From: the human T2T-CHM13v2.0 reference genome, Homo sapiens
Length of the DNA stretch: 64,000 nucleotides
Assembly: GCF_009914755.1 (NCBI RefSeq)
Contig: NC_060927.1
Strand: one strand, 5' to 3'
A program made the translations under genes and the position numbers. How positions within the stretch are numbered: position 1 is the first letter of the stretch; every line of letters starts with the position of its first letter. The notes beneath the pieces are model-generated. The model was given only the letters and a program-made list of their open reading frames with translations. It made no database searches and was not told where the DNA came from. Shown here piece by piece: positions 17,661 to 30,699 of this stretch.

Positions 17661-20009
17661 CACAGCAAGGCCGTTGAGACGCTATCTCTGGAGGACTAGA
17701 GCCTCAGGCCCATATCATAACTACTCGGGGAGGGTGATGCCAGAGAGGACTGAGGCCAGTGCAACCAAGCAGCTGGGGGTTGCTTGAATTGGACAGGGAG
17801 AAAATCAATCAGGGAAGTGGTGGAATTGGCATATACCCATCCAAACCGGTCAGGATGGAGGAGGCAGGCCTGCATGGCCTGTGAGGTCAGCTGACCCCTC
17901 ACTGTTTTCCCATTCTGTGTTGTCTTTGCCATGTGGGTGCTCTGCAGTGTATAGGCTACTGTGCCCTGAGACTGAGAGAGATGGGTACCTGCAGGCTTGC
18001 ACAGTTCAAGTGTTGCTGTCTTCTACATTAACTTCACCCTTCAGACCTGTGGAGGGTCCTCCTAACTCAGCCACCATGAAAGTGTGACTGATGGGTGTCC
18101 TGGCCTTCATCTTCTTCTGAACCGTTGTATAAGCATGGGATAGGTTCCTTAACCTCTGTGATCAGTCAGGTCCTATGTCTATTTAGGATATTTCTAGAAT
18201 ATCTAGCAGCTAGGTCAGCTAGGTCCACAGGCAGCTAGGTCAGGAAACCCAAATATGGAAGCTGCATCTTGATCTGTGGACGGTAGCACTGGACTGATGT
18301 GACTGGGTTTCAGGGCTGCAGAGGTTTACAAAAGTGAGCAGTGGGGCTTGATGAGCAGTCCTGATGTGGCTATTAGGACAGCTTTCTGCTCTCCTGATTG
18401 ATTGATTCGGGCAGCCAAGTGTCAGGCCAAGTGGGCAGGACCAGAGCAATGGGGTGGTAAATAGACTACCGAGAAGATAGATGGATTGTTGTTCTTTAAT
18501 CAGGCATTCTCTCAAGACATGGGGAACATCTTGACCTGGGATATCGCCACCCTCATCCCAGGCCCAGTAATGAGAGAATTAGCACATGCTGAAGAGCTAG
18601 AGTAACTGCTCAGGCTTGGAAGCAAAATAGAGGGTTTTCTGTGCAGCAAATCACTTTGAAACTAAATCTCCTTACTCCAGATGCACTCTGAAAATGAAAA
18701 GTCTGTTCTTTGTTTCAAATCTCCAAGAGACAGGAAGAATACTGGGATCAGACTGTGGCCTCTGGGGAGGATTTGATAGAATGCTCCCTGGTCTTGGCCT
18801 TGAAAACTGGAGGAGGTTCAAATCCTCAGGGAGACGTCCCTTGAGGACAAATGCTTTGTACAGGAAAGCACTCGTTAGATATGTACTGGAGAAAATGACT
18901 GGTTTTGCATGAATTTGGCTTTTAAAGGTCACTAGCATTAGCTCCCAACATAAAACCGTTGGAAGGGATTTAGAAATCACATAGACCAAGTCCATTTGAC
19001 AGAAGGGGAAACTGGGGTCCAGAGAGTTTAGGTGACTTGCCTATGACCAGGGACACCATTGATTTACCATCTATCTCCCCACCGCCCATCAGTGATGCTT
19101 TCTGTATAATGATAGAAAAGGAGTAAATGAACCAGCTAAAAGTTTGCACTGTATCTCAGATTCACTTTGGATAAAAGTCTTATTACTGAACAAGCCAAGA
19201 GGTACAAGATTGAAATGTGGATTTTACATTTCCTGGAGGTTTCATGATTTCTGCATTGAGTGGGTACAATTAATCTATGTTCTTTGAGTGGTGAATTTTA
19301 TTAAACCAGGTTTTCTCTGCCTCCTCAGACACTGACTGGTTAAATGACTTATAAAATAAACTTGCAGGAATTCTGCAGTTAGTGTTAGAATTGGTGTGCC
19401 CCATATTAGGCTCTACCCTTTTCTTATCACAGTCATTGTTTACCTACCAGATCTCCCAACCTAAGAGCCGCAGGAACATGTGGGCTTATCACAGAGCTCG
19501 GGTGTGTCCCCTTCCTGCAAGTATGCTTCTCCCACTATCCTCACCAGAGTAAGGTGTGAGGGGCAAGTTAGCCATTTGTAGCTCCAGTGAACAGTCCAAG
19601 CTCCACTGGGGTAGCCTCCCTAAGTCCTGCTTATATAACATGTGTGAGTTTACTTTTCACCCGTGGTGGGGTAGGAATGACAGAAAATTCTTTGACACAT
19701 ATCCAAAGAAGAGATGGTGCCCATTTCTCCTCCCTTTGAATCTGGGCTGGGCTGTGATTATTTTGACTAATGGACTGTGGCAAAAGTAACACTTTACCCG
19801 TTCCGAGTCTTGCCTTTAACAGCATGTGCTGCTTCCTCTTTGGTCAGTTCGTGCCCTGAGTAAACATGTAAGTCCTGCTCCTCTGCAAGAGGGGAGTACA
19901 TAGAGAATCCCTGAAACTTCAGGGAGAGAGAGATAGGCCCAGTCTGGCAGCTGACCCTGTCAAGGTGCCAGGCTGCTGAGTTGGACCATTTTGGCTCCTT
20001 GAGGCCCCC

Positions 20010-21447
20010 TATGTCCGGAATTGGTGGGTTCTTGGTCTCACTGACTTCAAGAATGAAGCCGCGGACCCTCGCGGTGAGTGTTACAGCTCTTAAGGTGGCG
20101 CGTCTGGAGTCTGTCCCTTCTGATATTCAGATGTGTTCGGAGTTTCTTCCTTCTGGTGGGTTCGTGGTCTCGCTGGCTCAGGAGTGAAGCTGCAGACCTT
20201 CGCGGTGAGTGTTACAGCTCATAAAAGCAGCGTGGACCCAAAGAGTGAGCAGTAGCAAGATTTATTGCAAAGAGCGAAAGAACAAAGCTTCCACAGTGTG
20301 GAAGGGGACCCCAGCGGGTTGCCAATGCTGGCTCCAGCAGCCTGCTTTTATTCTCTTATCTGGCCCCACCCACATCCTGCTGATTGGTAGAGCCGAGTGG
20401 CCTGTTTTGTCACGGCGCTGATTGGTGCGTTTACAATCCCTGAGCTAGATACAAAGGTTCTCTATGTCCCCATCAGATTAGTTAGATACAGAGTTTCGAC
20501 ACACAGGTTCTCCAAGGCCCCACCAGAGCAGCTAGATACAGAGTGTCGATTGGTGCATTCACAAACCTTGAGCTAAACACAGGGTGCTGATTGGTGTGTT
20601 TACAAAGCTTGAGCTAGATACAGAGTGCCGATTGGTGTATTTACAATCCCTGAGCTAGACATAAAGGTTCTCCACGTCCTCACCAGAGCAGCTAGATAGA
20701 GAGTGTCGATTGGTGCACTCACAAACCTTGAGCTAAACACAGGGTGCTGATTGGTGTATTTACAATCCCTGAGCTAGATATAAAGACTCTCCACGTCCCC
20801 ACCAGACTCAGGAGCCCAGCTGGCTTCACCTAGTGGATCCCGCACTGGGGCTGCAGGTGGAGCTGCCTGCCAGTCCTGCACCGTGCGCTCGCATTCCTCA
20901 TCCCTTGGGTGGTCGATGGGACTGGGCGCCGTGGAGTAGGGGGTGGTGCTCCCGTCGGGGAGGCTCGGGCTGCACAGGAGCCCACGGAGTGGGTGGGAGG
21001 CTCAGGCATGGTGGGCTGCAGGTCCCGAGCCCTGCCCCGCGGGAAGGCAGCTAAGGCCCGGCGAGAAATCGAGCACAGCGCCAGTGGGCCGGCACTGCTG
21101 GTGGACTCAGTACACCCTCCGCAGCCACTGGCCCGGCTGCTAAGTCCCCCCTTGCTCGGGGCCAGCAGGGCTGGCTGGCTGCTTCGAGTGCGGGGCCCAC
21201 CAAGCCCATGCCCACCCGGAACTCAAGCTGGCCCGCAAGCGCCGCACGCAGCCCCGGTTCCCGCTCGTGCCTCTCCCTGCAAGCTGAGGGAGTGGGCTCC
21301 AGCCTTGGCCAGCCCAGAAAGGGGCTCCCACAGTGCAGTGGGGGGGCTGAAGGGCTCCTCAAATGCCACCAAAGTGGGAGCCCAGGCAGGGGAGGTGCCG
21401 AGAGCAAGCGAGGGCTCTGAGGACTGCCAGCATGCTGTCACCTCTCA
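20010..21447 (-). mobile_element. Solo LTR12C (ERV9 LTR)
   Basis: Ends tgtccggaattggtggg and gctgtcacctctca (TGAGAGGTGACAGC on minus); C-run TSD at 20005-20009 and 21448-21452; tandem ~41-bp units with seven GATTGG (CCAAT) boxes; CpG-rich U3. Confidence 0.95.
20340..20790 (-). promoter_or_regulatory. LTR12 enhancer/promoter array (NF-Y CCAAT and GATA motifs, AATAAA-type TATA)
   Basis: Seven CCAATC on the minus strand between 20382 and 20755, repeated TAGATA, TATA-like AGAATAAAAG near 20345-20354. Confidence 0.75.
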
Positions 21448-21577
21448 CCCCCAGCCACCAACTGAATACATTGAGGGACTGTAGTCCCTGCCACATGGAG
21501 CAGGAGAATTCCTCTGCCAATTACCAACCTCTGTCTGAATTCCTGACCTGCAAAATCTTTGTAGATAACAAAAATTT

Positions 21578-21780
21578 GAGTTTGGAGTCAAGTTTCTTGG
21601 GTTTAAATCCACACTCTGCCACTTACTTGCTGTGTGTTCTCAGGCAAATGCTGTTCATCTCTGAAACTTGATTCCACCATCCATATCTGGGGTAATAATA
21701 CTTTCCTTTCAGGAGATTCGAGATACATACACTATAATGTGGTATAAAGGGCCTGGCATGTAGTAAGTGTGCAATAAGCC
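21578..21780 (+). mobile_element. MIR
   Basis: tttggagtcaag...ctctgccacttacttgctgtgtg...gcctggcatgtagtaagtgtgcaataa. Confidence 0.75.
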
Positions 21781-23157
21781 CAAGCTGATCTTTGGAATTT
21801 TCTCAGCCACCCAGAATTCTATCAGGCAGGGGTGTCTTAGGAATAGCTCCCCACATGCAGTGTGACATCCTCAGAGCAGCTTGGCTTGTCCTCTTGGGGA
21901 CCTGCAGCATTGGGAGGGATGGGCCATGCAGAGACACAGAGCCCTGGGGCTGGGGGGCATTTGGTAAAACAGGCCCAGCCCTGACCTGCAGGAGTGTGGG
22001 ACTGACCCTGGATTTGTAGATGAGACACACCTGTGTCCACATGCGTGTTTGTGTGCCCTTGCACAGACATGTGCACACATCAAAGGGAAGGAGAAGGAGC
22101 TGCTGTTGAGGATGTTCAGCCCAATAAACATGGCTGTGAGGGGTCCTGAAGCCAGGGGTTGTGAGAACTCAGGGAATCATGTCATAGCCCTGGCAGGTCA
22201 CTGCTCTGCCCGGCCTCAAAGATACTGCAAGAGAAAGCTCTTTCTAAACTGTAAAGCATTCTATGTGTGCAAGGTATTATTCTTAATAGCGTGACAAGGA
22301 GGAGGAGGAGATAGAGGAAGTGGATGAGGAGAAATCCGCCTGAATCCTCCTGATAACAATTTTACATCTATAATTCCTTCCCCTTCCTACCACATCGGAA
22401 TTTTATGGGGGATTAGTGAGCGTCCAGCTGCAGAAGGCCTGGAGCCCCTTAGGATAAGGCTCAGCTAGGACTTTATTTAATGAATCCCCTTAGAGGGGAT
22501 TTTCTTTTGTGGTGGAAAGTTCCCTGCTGGTAAAGGATATATTCCACCACCTGGGGCCTCTTCCCTGGGCTCCTGTAAACCAGAAGAGCAGGGATGCATC
22601 CGCTCTGCAGTGTGTAGTGGTGGGCGTGCTAGCCAACATACTGAGAACTTTCAGCCTGCTATTCTATTTTCTCTCTTCTTGTTTTTGCCTCAGAGAGAAT
22701 AGCTCCCAGTGCTTTCAACCCCCCAGCCTTCCCCCAAACCATAATGTGGTACTCCCTGGAGTTCACTTGTCTGGCTCAGTACCACTGGGATGCTGGGAGG
22801 CACAGTGTCTGGGGGGCCTTCTGTGACCCGTGGAAATGTGAGCTGTGATGCTGGTGTTCATGGCCTTCCTGTAAAGATACCTCCTCACATGGAGTTCCTC
22901 AAATGCAGGTATTCCAACTACACTTGTGCAAAGAACCCCATGGTCTCACTCTCTCCTGACAGCCCTGAGCAGGTTCACCCCTATGAAAATGAAAAGGAAG
23001 GTCCAGACTGCTGAGTACTATGGGCAAGAAGGTAGAGACTTGAAGCCTAAGATTTGAGACCCCAAATAGGATAGGGTTGCTAGCTAAAATATAGGATGCC
23101 AAGTTAGATTTGAATTTTAGATAAACAATGAATGCTTTTTTAGTATAAGTACGTCCC

Positions 23158-23864
23158 TGTTTTAGTCATTTTGGGCTGCTGTAACAGAATACCACAGACT
23201 GTGTAATTTATAATAAACAAAAATTTGTTGACTCATGGTTCTGAAGGCTGGGAAGTTTAAGATTGAGGGCCCACATCTGGGGAGGGCCTTCTTGCTGCGT
23301 CATCCCATGGTGGAAAGCAGATGGGCAAAGAGAGGGCACCTGCACACATGAGAGAGAGAGAGACAGAGAGCACACAAAAGAGGGGATTGAACTCCTGCTT
23401 TCATTTATTTATTTTCTGAGACAGGGTCTCACTCTGTCACCTAGGGTGGAGTACAGTGGCATGACCATGGCTCACTGCAGCCCCGATCTCCTGGGCAGTC
23501 CTCCCACCTCAGCCACCTGAGTAGCTGAGACTACAGGCCTGCACCACTATGCCAGCTAATTTTTTAAATATCTTTTTGTAGAGATGAAGTTTTGCCATAT
23601 TGCCCAGGCTGGACTCGAACTCTTGGACTCAAATGATCCAACTGCCTCAGCTTCTCAAAGTGTTGGTGCTATGGTATGAGCCACCATACCCGGCCTCATC
23701 TTTTTATAGGGAACCCACTTCTGTGATAATATCCTTAATCTGTTCATGAGGGCAGAGCCCTTATAGCCTAATCACCTCTCATTTGGCCCCACTTCTCAAC
23801 ACTGTTACATTGGGAATTACATTTCTAAAATATGCTTTTCAGGAGACACATGCAAACCATAGCA
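23158..23864 (-). mobile_element. MSTC/MSTD-type MaLR solo LTR containing an AluJ
   Basis: tgttttagtc...ctgctgtaacagaataccacagact ... tgcaaaccatagca termini; 5-bp TSD gtccc / gtctc. Confidence 0.8.
23401..23695 (-). mobile_element. AluJ
   Basis: gagacagggtctcactctgtc...atggctcactgcagcc...ctcccacctcagcc...gagccaccatacccggcc. Confidence 0.9.
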
Positions 23865-24184
23865 GTCTCAAATGGATTTTTCACAAAGAACAGTATTTTA
23901 GTGTAAGTATGACCCACAAAATATTTAGGACATACATATATGAGTATATGAAAAAAAAATTCACTGTTTTGTGTGAAATTCCAGCTCAACTGAGTGTCCT
24001 ATATTTTTATTTGCTAAATCCAGCAACCACCCTGCTGAGGAGGGCTGCCCCTCCTGCAGTGCTGGTGGTCTGGGTCTTGCTTATTGAGCTGAGTTTGTTG
24101 AGTTTGCAAGGCAGCCTTCACTGGGCTGATTGTTTCCTCTTGAAAAATTCACTTGCACTGAGGTTGGTGACTCTAGGTAGGTAA

Positions 24185-24761
<577 letters not shown>

Positions 24762-25939
24762 GTGTGATATCTGAGCCCCTAAATACAGTTTGGTACTTTT
24801 CTCTGTAATCTTCTATCTGTTAGAAAGCCAGGTTCAGGCTTAATCAACGCTGGAATTGGGGTCTCCATCATTCCCAAATCTCAATTTCAGAGTGAGAAGC
24901 CCTCTATGAGAAAGGTCTGTGGGCCCGATGCCTTCCTGGGATGGAAGCCTGGAGTGAAGTCTCTCCCCAGCTTCAGCTCTTCTCTCTTCCTCCCTATACC
25001 TTTCCATACCATCTTCTCTGCTTTGACTATCAAGGAGCAGGCCTCACTGACCTCCCTGTCAGGTAATCACCTGTCTCTGTGTCTGGTTTGTGACTGCCTG
25101 AGGATTCCTTGCACCTGGTGCTCCCTCCACATAAGGTCCGGCTCCATCCTGATACAGACGTTCCTAAGATATATTCCTTTAGCGGAAGACTCTTGCATCC
25201 ATAGAAATGCAGCTGCCTCTTCCACGGATGACACCTTCACAAATTCTTTCCCACGTTAGTGCTTGGGAAGGAAGAAGCAGGACAGAAGCTGACCTGCCTA
25301 TTCCCTGAAGCCTGGAGGTAAGAGGTCAATGAAGGAGAGGCACTGAGATCAGGCCATGTTGGCCTCTCAGTGATCTTCACACAGCCCTGCCATGGAGCCT
25401 CCTGAAGACTCCACTCTTTGCAGGTCTGAATGTCAGGGCTGGGCTAATGAGAGAACAAATAGGACAGGCACTGATTAGCAGGCAGAGTTTGTATAATCAA
25501 TTCCAGAACCATACATTTATCAGAAAATGGATTCTAATTAAAACTAAATTTGGCTCACTTACAAATCACTAACTTAAGGGGAATAAAAAGATTTGCCTCT
25601 GTTTATTGCAGCTTGCCAGGATGTGAAGGGGCAGACATTTCTGTATATGTCACAAGCATAGTGGGAGAATCCTGATGCTTTGTGGGGAGTCTGGTGGCTG
25701 CATTGTTACTGTAGCAGATAAAGGAAATGGAAGTCATCAGAAGGCAAGACCATCTCCTGAGGGTTTGCAAGTGTCGCCAAGCCATGCTTTCCTGGCAGGG
25801 AGTGGCTCTGCCTACATCTGCCCTGAGGGACCAGTCCCTGTGGGTAAAGGCCAGTATCCAGCCCTCAGCAAGCAGAGCAATTTCAGCTCTTCTTTGCAGC
25901 ACATTGTGTGCTGCTGACTAGTGTGCTGCAAAGAAGAGA

Positions 25940-26180
25940 GGTTAAGAACACCAGCTTCATGGTCAGCCAGAACCAGTTCATAATCCCAATTCTGCTTACT
26001 TATTTTTGACTGTTTAATACGGAGCCCACTGCTTCACCTCTTTAGGTCTTAGTTTCCTGGCCTTAAATGGAGGCAAAATTATGCTTGTTTCATAGGGTTG
26101 TTGGAAAGATTAAACAAGATACCATAGGCAAAGGTCTCAGCACAATGTCTATTCTTGAGCAAATGCTTAATAAATGACAC
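25940..26180 (+). mobile_element. MIR
   Basis: ggttaagaacac...ttagtttcct...tcatagggttgttggaaagattaaa...tgcttaataaatg. Confidence 0.75.
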
Positions 26181-26489
26181 TGATTGTTCTTAGAAAATAT
26201 ATTAACTAGGTCTTTAATATCCTAACATATTTGGTTGTTTTTAAAGCGGTGTCTTAAAAGCTAAAATAAGCTGCCTACTCATTTCGAGTACATGTGAGTA
26301 TTCCTAGCTGATGCATTATAGTATAGAAATGTTTTTTCCAATTTTTTTTCTTCCATAGTTTTACCTTTTGTATTTTCTTTGTTTGAGGCTTTTAATGTTT
26401 TCAGGCATCTCAGAATCAAGGCTGAGTATGAACAAGATAGGTTCCGGAGATGCCTGAGAAGTGCCGAGTAATTTAATGCTGCTGTAGCA

Positions 26490-27717
26490 TAGTGGTGGTC
26501 AAAATGTGCCCACAGACCCCTGGGAGATCCTGTCAGGGTGATCTACAAGTTCAGAACTATTTTCACAATAACACTTAGAGATGCCATTGCCTGTTTCGGT
26601 GCATTGACATTTGTGTGGATGGTGTGAAAGCATTGATGGGTAAAGCTTTGTTCTGTCTGGCTATGAAACCAGTATTGCAATGACACCAAAATGCACTAGT
26701 AGTCATTGTTATCCTTTACACCAGTCACTGAAAAAAAAGAAAAAGAAAAAGAAAAAGAAAGCAAATTTTGCTGAAGAATGTCTTTGATAAACTAGTAAGG
26801 TTAGTGTTTGATTAAGTCTTTATCCTTGAATCCTTTTGACATTCTGTGTGATAAAATGATAAGTTCAAATAAAATACTTTTGCTGCATACTGTGGTATCA
26901 TAGTTGTTGCAAGGACAAGCACTCGTGTGATTGAGTTGCAAGCTGAACTAGCCAATTCTTTTCATGGAATATTATTTTTCCTGAAATAACAATAAACATA
27001 CACAAGCTGTGGGTATTCAGACTTGGATATTTGGAGGATATTTTCTTGAAAATGAAAGGAGTGAGTTTATCACTCCAAAGCAGACAACTGAAAGTGTTTG
27101 TTGCAAATGATTAAATTTGAGTTTTCAAGTGAAAATTGGAGCTTTGGGAAACTTGACAGCTTCCCACTATTTAAGAGTTGATATTAATGAATATGGGTTT
27201 TCCCATATTCATTATTTCCCAATGTATGATGTGACCAAATCAAGCCAGAGGTAAAAGTTCCATTGGAAGTTCAAAATAGATAAATGTATTTTAATGCAAT
27301 ATTAATGCAAAACTTTCATTGACTAGGTTTAAGATTCCACACTGCAACTTAACTTTTTGAGTTTTGGTGTAGTAGCAAAGAATATTCCCAATTATCTGAA
27401 AGAGCTATTACAGTTTGTTTCCGTTTTTCAACTACATATGTATTTAAGATGAATTTTCTTCATGTAATTTAACGAAAATAACATATTACATCAGGCTCAG
27501 TCTGGAAGCAAAAGTGAGGCTATAGCTGTCTTCTACTGAACCAGGCATGAAGAGATTTGCAATGCTGTAAAACCCAGTTTTCTCGCTGTTTTATGAAAAT
27601 AGTTATTTTTCATAAAAATATGTTCTCTGTGTTAATATGTAATGAGTTTATTATTGGAGTCTGATAATTTTCAAGAGTGAAAAGAGCCATGAGACCAAAA
27701 AAGTTTGAGAACTGCTG
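26490..27717 (+). mobile_element. Charlie1a-type hAT DNA transposon (internally deleted)
   Basis: Termini tagtggtggtcaaaatgtg and aaaaagtttgagaactgctg; 8-bp TSD ctgtagca (26482-26489) / ctctagca (27718-27725) fitting the Charlie NTCTAGAN target. Confidence 0.85.
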
Positions 27718-28074
27718 CTCTAGCAAGTGCTTTGTTCTTTCTAAACTATAGCTCTTGCTACGTTGTATTGTCATTGTCGCATGTGAGCTTCTATTACTAG
27801 CTGGTCACACAAGCTCCTTGAGGATCTCTTCTTCTTTTTGTTTGTATCCATATCAACCAGCACAGGGCAGTATATGTTTGGTAAATATTTAATGAATGGG
27901 ATAATGCATGTTTGATCGTCTTAACATCTATAAAAATTCCTCTTGGCCTACAGGATTACCTGAAATAATATCAGGTTTCAACAGAGACTCTACTGTACAA
28001 GAGACCTGGTTCCCATTTACATCTACCCCTTGGTGTCTGTGTGTTTGGGCAAGTTATACAATTTCTAGTCTAAA

Positions 28075-28221
28075 ATATTAATCCTTCAATTGAGAAATAC
28101 AAATTCCCCAGTCCCAGGCGAGACTAATTAAGTCAGAAATTCTGGGGGTGGGGCCGAGCAATCTGTGTCTTAACAAGCTCTCCAGGTGATTCTGATGTCC
28201 CCTAAAGTTTGAGAACTTCTG
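28075..28221. mobile_element. MER5A nested in a MIR (~27990-28355)
   Basis: tcagaaattctgggggtggggccgagcaatctgtgtcttaacaagctctccaggtgattctgatg...aagtttgagaac. Confidence 0.8.
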
Positions 28222-29211
28222 TGCATCTTTTATTCTCCTCTAACATGGGAAATATAACCCTTACTCTGTGAAGTTACTTGCAGATTACATGAGATAACAC
28301 ACATAAAATGCTTAGTGACAATGCCTGAACACTCGATAAGCAGTACCTATTCTTATTGTAAAAGGCAAGGAAACACAGACTATTTTTTATTTTACTGAAC
28401 TCTTTCCTTGCCCACAGCCACAGCCCCTTGTTCACATTCTGTGGCCCTGAGCTTGATGTAATGAGTCTGACTGAGTTGGAGAGAGTAGAGGGACCCAGGA
28501 AGCTGAGGAGGATAGTGTGTGGCCAAGGCCCCGAGGCTTATGTTTTCTTCTCTCCTTGATGAAAGCCTGTTGACCATTAGCCCGGCAGGTTCACTTCTCC
28601 TACATAGTGAGGGACAGCGCACAACAGTCCAATGAACTCAAAAAAGGCCCTGATGGAGGGAGAGAGAGGAAAAGAAGTGACAGCTTACAGAGAGGTCAAG
28701 AGAGGAGAAATGCTGGGCAAATTAGAGCAAGTAACCTTTGCAGATGGCAGCTGGGGAAACAGAAGGTGAGAAACTGTCATTCCAAATTGCAACTTTCACA
28801 AGGAGAATGAATCAGTACCTTGGCAGACAGGTGCCTGAGTTTCCCAGTGTCATACTCTCCAGCCTGGCTTCTCAGAGGACCCATTCCCGTGACCCTGTTA
28901 AAGGTCCATTGGCATCTGCAGGTCTTCTTGTTAATTGGAAAAGCATCGAACTGCACAGCCAGCAAAAGCCCATTGAGGATTCAGGGCCTCTGCAGGACTG
29001 ACTGACCTATTAACTGCTTCCCTGCCTGCAGCTCTCAGCTTTATGTACTCAGAGGTCCCCGAGGCTGTGTGCTTTCTCTGTAGTGCATTGATTCTCTCAT
29101 TCATCTACTCCGTTTATTCATTCATTCACTCATTCATTTCTCTGTTTATTTGTTTCTTCCCTTAACAAACATTTACTTACACCCTTGTGACAGTTTCTTT
29201 TTACTGTAGGC

Positions 29212-29424
29212 CAGTGCTTCTAGAACAGAAGCAGTTTTCCATCCTTCCCTTTTGAGATATTTGGCCATGTCTGGAGACATTTTGGTTGTCAAAACTGGAG
29301 AGTATATTGACAAATGGTGGAGATGATGCTGTTACACACCTTAAATGCACAGGACAGCCCCTCCCCCTACAACAAATAGTTATGTGACCCCAAATGTCAA
29401 TAGTGTCAAGGTTGAGAAACCCTG
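29212..29424 (+). mobile_element. MER20
   Basis: atttggccatgtctggagacattttggttgtc...atgcacaggacagccc...caaatgtcaatagtgtcaaggttgagaaaccctg. Confidence 0.88.
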
Positions 29425-29689
29425 CCATAGATGAAAGATGGACATTTGTGGGTTACAAAGGGATTGAATAGGCAATGGAGAGAGCAGATATTGACCACAC
29501 TGGCAAGATGGGCAGTGAAGAGCTAGAGACAGTGGAGTGATGGCTCAAAAAGGAAGCACAGGGAAACTGAAGGGTGCTCTAAGAGTCAGTGGAGGGCAAG
29601 GGTGGAGGTGCTGGGAAGGAGGAGGGAAGGGAATCCTCCCTTAGTCCCTTTTCTGTCTGAGTCTCTTTCAAGTCTTAAAAAAAATACTC

Positions 29690-30034
29690 TTTTTTTTTTT
29701 TTCTTTTTCTTTCTTTCTTTTTTCTTTTTTTTTTTTTTTTTTTTTTTGAGATAGGGTCTCACTCTTCCAGGCTGGAGTGCAGTGGCACCATCACCAACAT
29801 CATGGCTTACTGCAGCCTCGACCTCCTGGGCTTGGGTGATTCTCCCACCTCAGCCTCCCCAGTAGCTGGGACTATGGGTGTGTGCCACCATGCCTGCCTG
29901 TTTTTTGTAATTTTACTAGACATGGGGTTTCAGCATATTGCCCAGGCTGGTCTTGAACTTCTGGCCTCAAGCAGTCTGCCTGCCTAGGCCTCCCAAAGTG
30001 CTGGGATTACAGGCATGAGTCATTGCATCCTTCC
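29690..30034 (-). mobile_element. AluJ with long T-rich tail
   Basis: gagatagggtctcactc...ctgcagcctcgacctcctgggc...cccaaagtgctgggattacaggcatgag. Confidence 0.9.
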
Positions 30035-30699
30035 AAAAATACTCCCCTCTTGCCAAGGTCCCATAAATTAGATTTGAAGCAGATGTCATGAAGCATTAGG
30101 GAGCAGAGTAGCCAAGTCATCACCACACCTGCCCCTCGTGCACGCACATGCTGGCATCTAGCCACATCTGGCATGCAGTGGGCACCATGTTCCTGGGTCT
30201 ACCTCCATACTAGGGCTGAGTGGACTTTGCTAAAGGGCCACTGTGTCTTCTGCTTCTTCCAGCTTTGTGCCTCATCCTATGAGTGTCTGTTTCAGGAGAT
30301 GTTAGAACAACTCAAATGCCCAACCAATAGTCAGTTAATTCCTGCTTGCTTCATCTGTGGGCTTTGTTGCTAAGCACACATTGCTGGTGTGTGTGAGGAT
30401 CTGTAGAGCTGGGAGTTCTAGCCCCTGTGGATGCTTCCTTACAGCCTCAGAAGTGGGCTATCTATTACCCTATAGAAGGTGCCTTTGGCCATCACAGTCC
30501 ACTGGCTTTTTTGGGATCTAAGTGGAGCCGCCTATTCTGCAAACACTGCCTTCTGTTTCCTTCTTCCCCGCCACTGGGCTGCATCCATCATTGAGCAGGT
30601 GAGTTAGAGAGATGCCTTGCCATTGAGATTTTTTGCTGTCTTTAAAAGCACCTCCTTGCCTGAATATTTGAATCAAATTACATCTTTAAGCCACTTAAT

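Larger units (their letters stand above)
19660..21575 (+). mobile_element. MLT1 (ERVL-MaLR) solo LTR split by LTR12C (pieces ~19660-20009 and 21448-21575)
   Basis: ctcctccctttgaatctgggctgggctgtga...tttgactaat...tggcaaaagtaac on the left; cagccaccaactgaatac...aattcctgacctgcaaaatc on the right. Confidence 0.7.
23071..24030. mobile_element. MER53-like palindromic hAT element split by an MST LTR
   Basis: tagggttgctagctaaaatatagga...tttgaatttagataaacaa...tagtataagtacgtccc on the left; ...tgaaattccagctcaactgagtgtcctatatttttatttgctaaatccagcaacc on the right. Confidence 0.75.

Noticed and set aside
18184-18245. Imperfect palindrome gatatttctagaatatc and three cagctaggtc repeats
   Set aside because: Too short to distinguish from local slippage or chance.
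20380-20790. Regularly spaced repeats resembling a CRISPR array
   Set aside because: These are the known tandem enhancer units of LTR12; no unique spacers, and the context is primate DNA.
20833-21484. Several overlapping 60-190 aa ORFs
   Set aside because: All lie in the GC-rich U3 of LTR12C where stop codons are rare; no gag/pol/env similarity.
23900-23960. Possible miR-1302-family hairpin (MER53-derived)
   Set aside because: The arm is diverged from the remembered mature sequence and the palindrome is broken by a 700-bp LTR.
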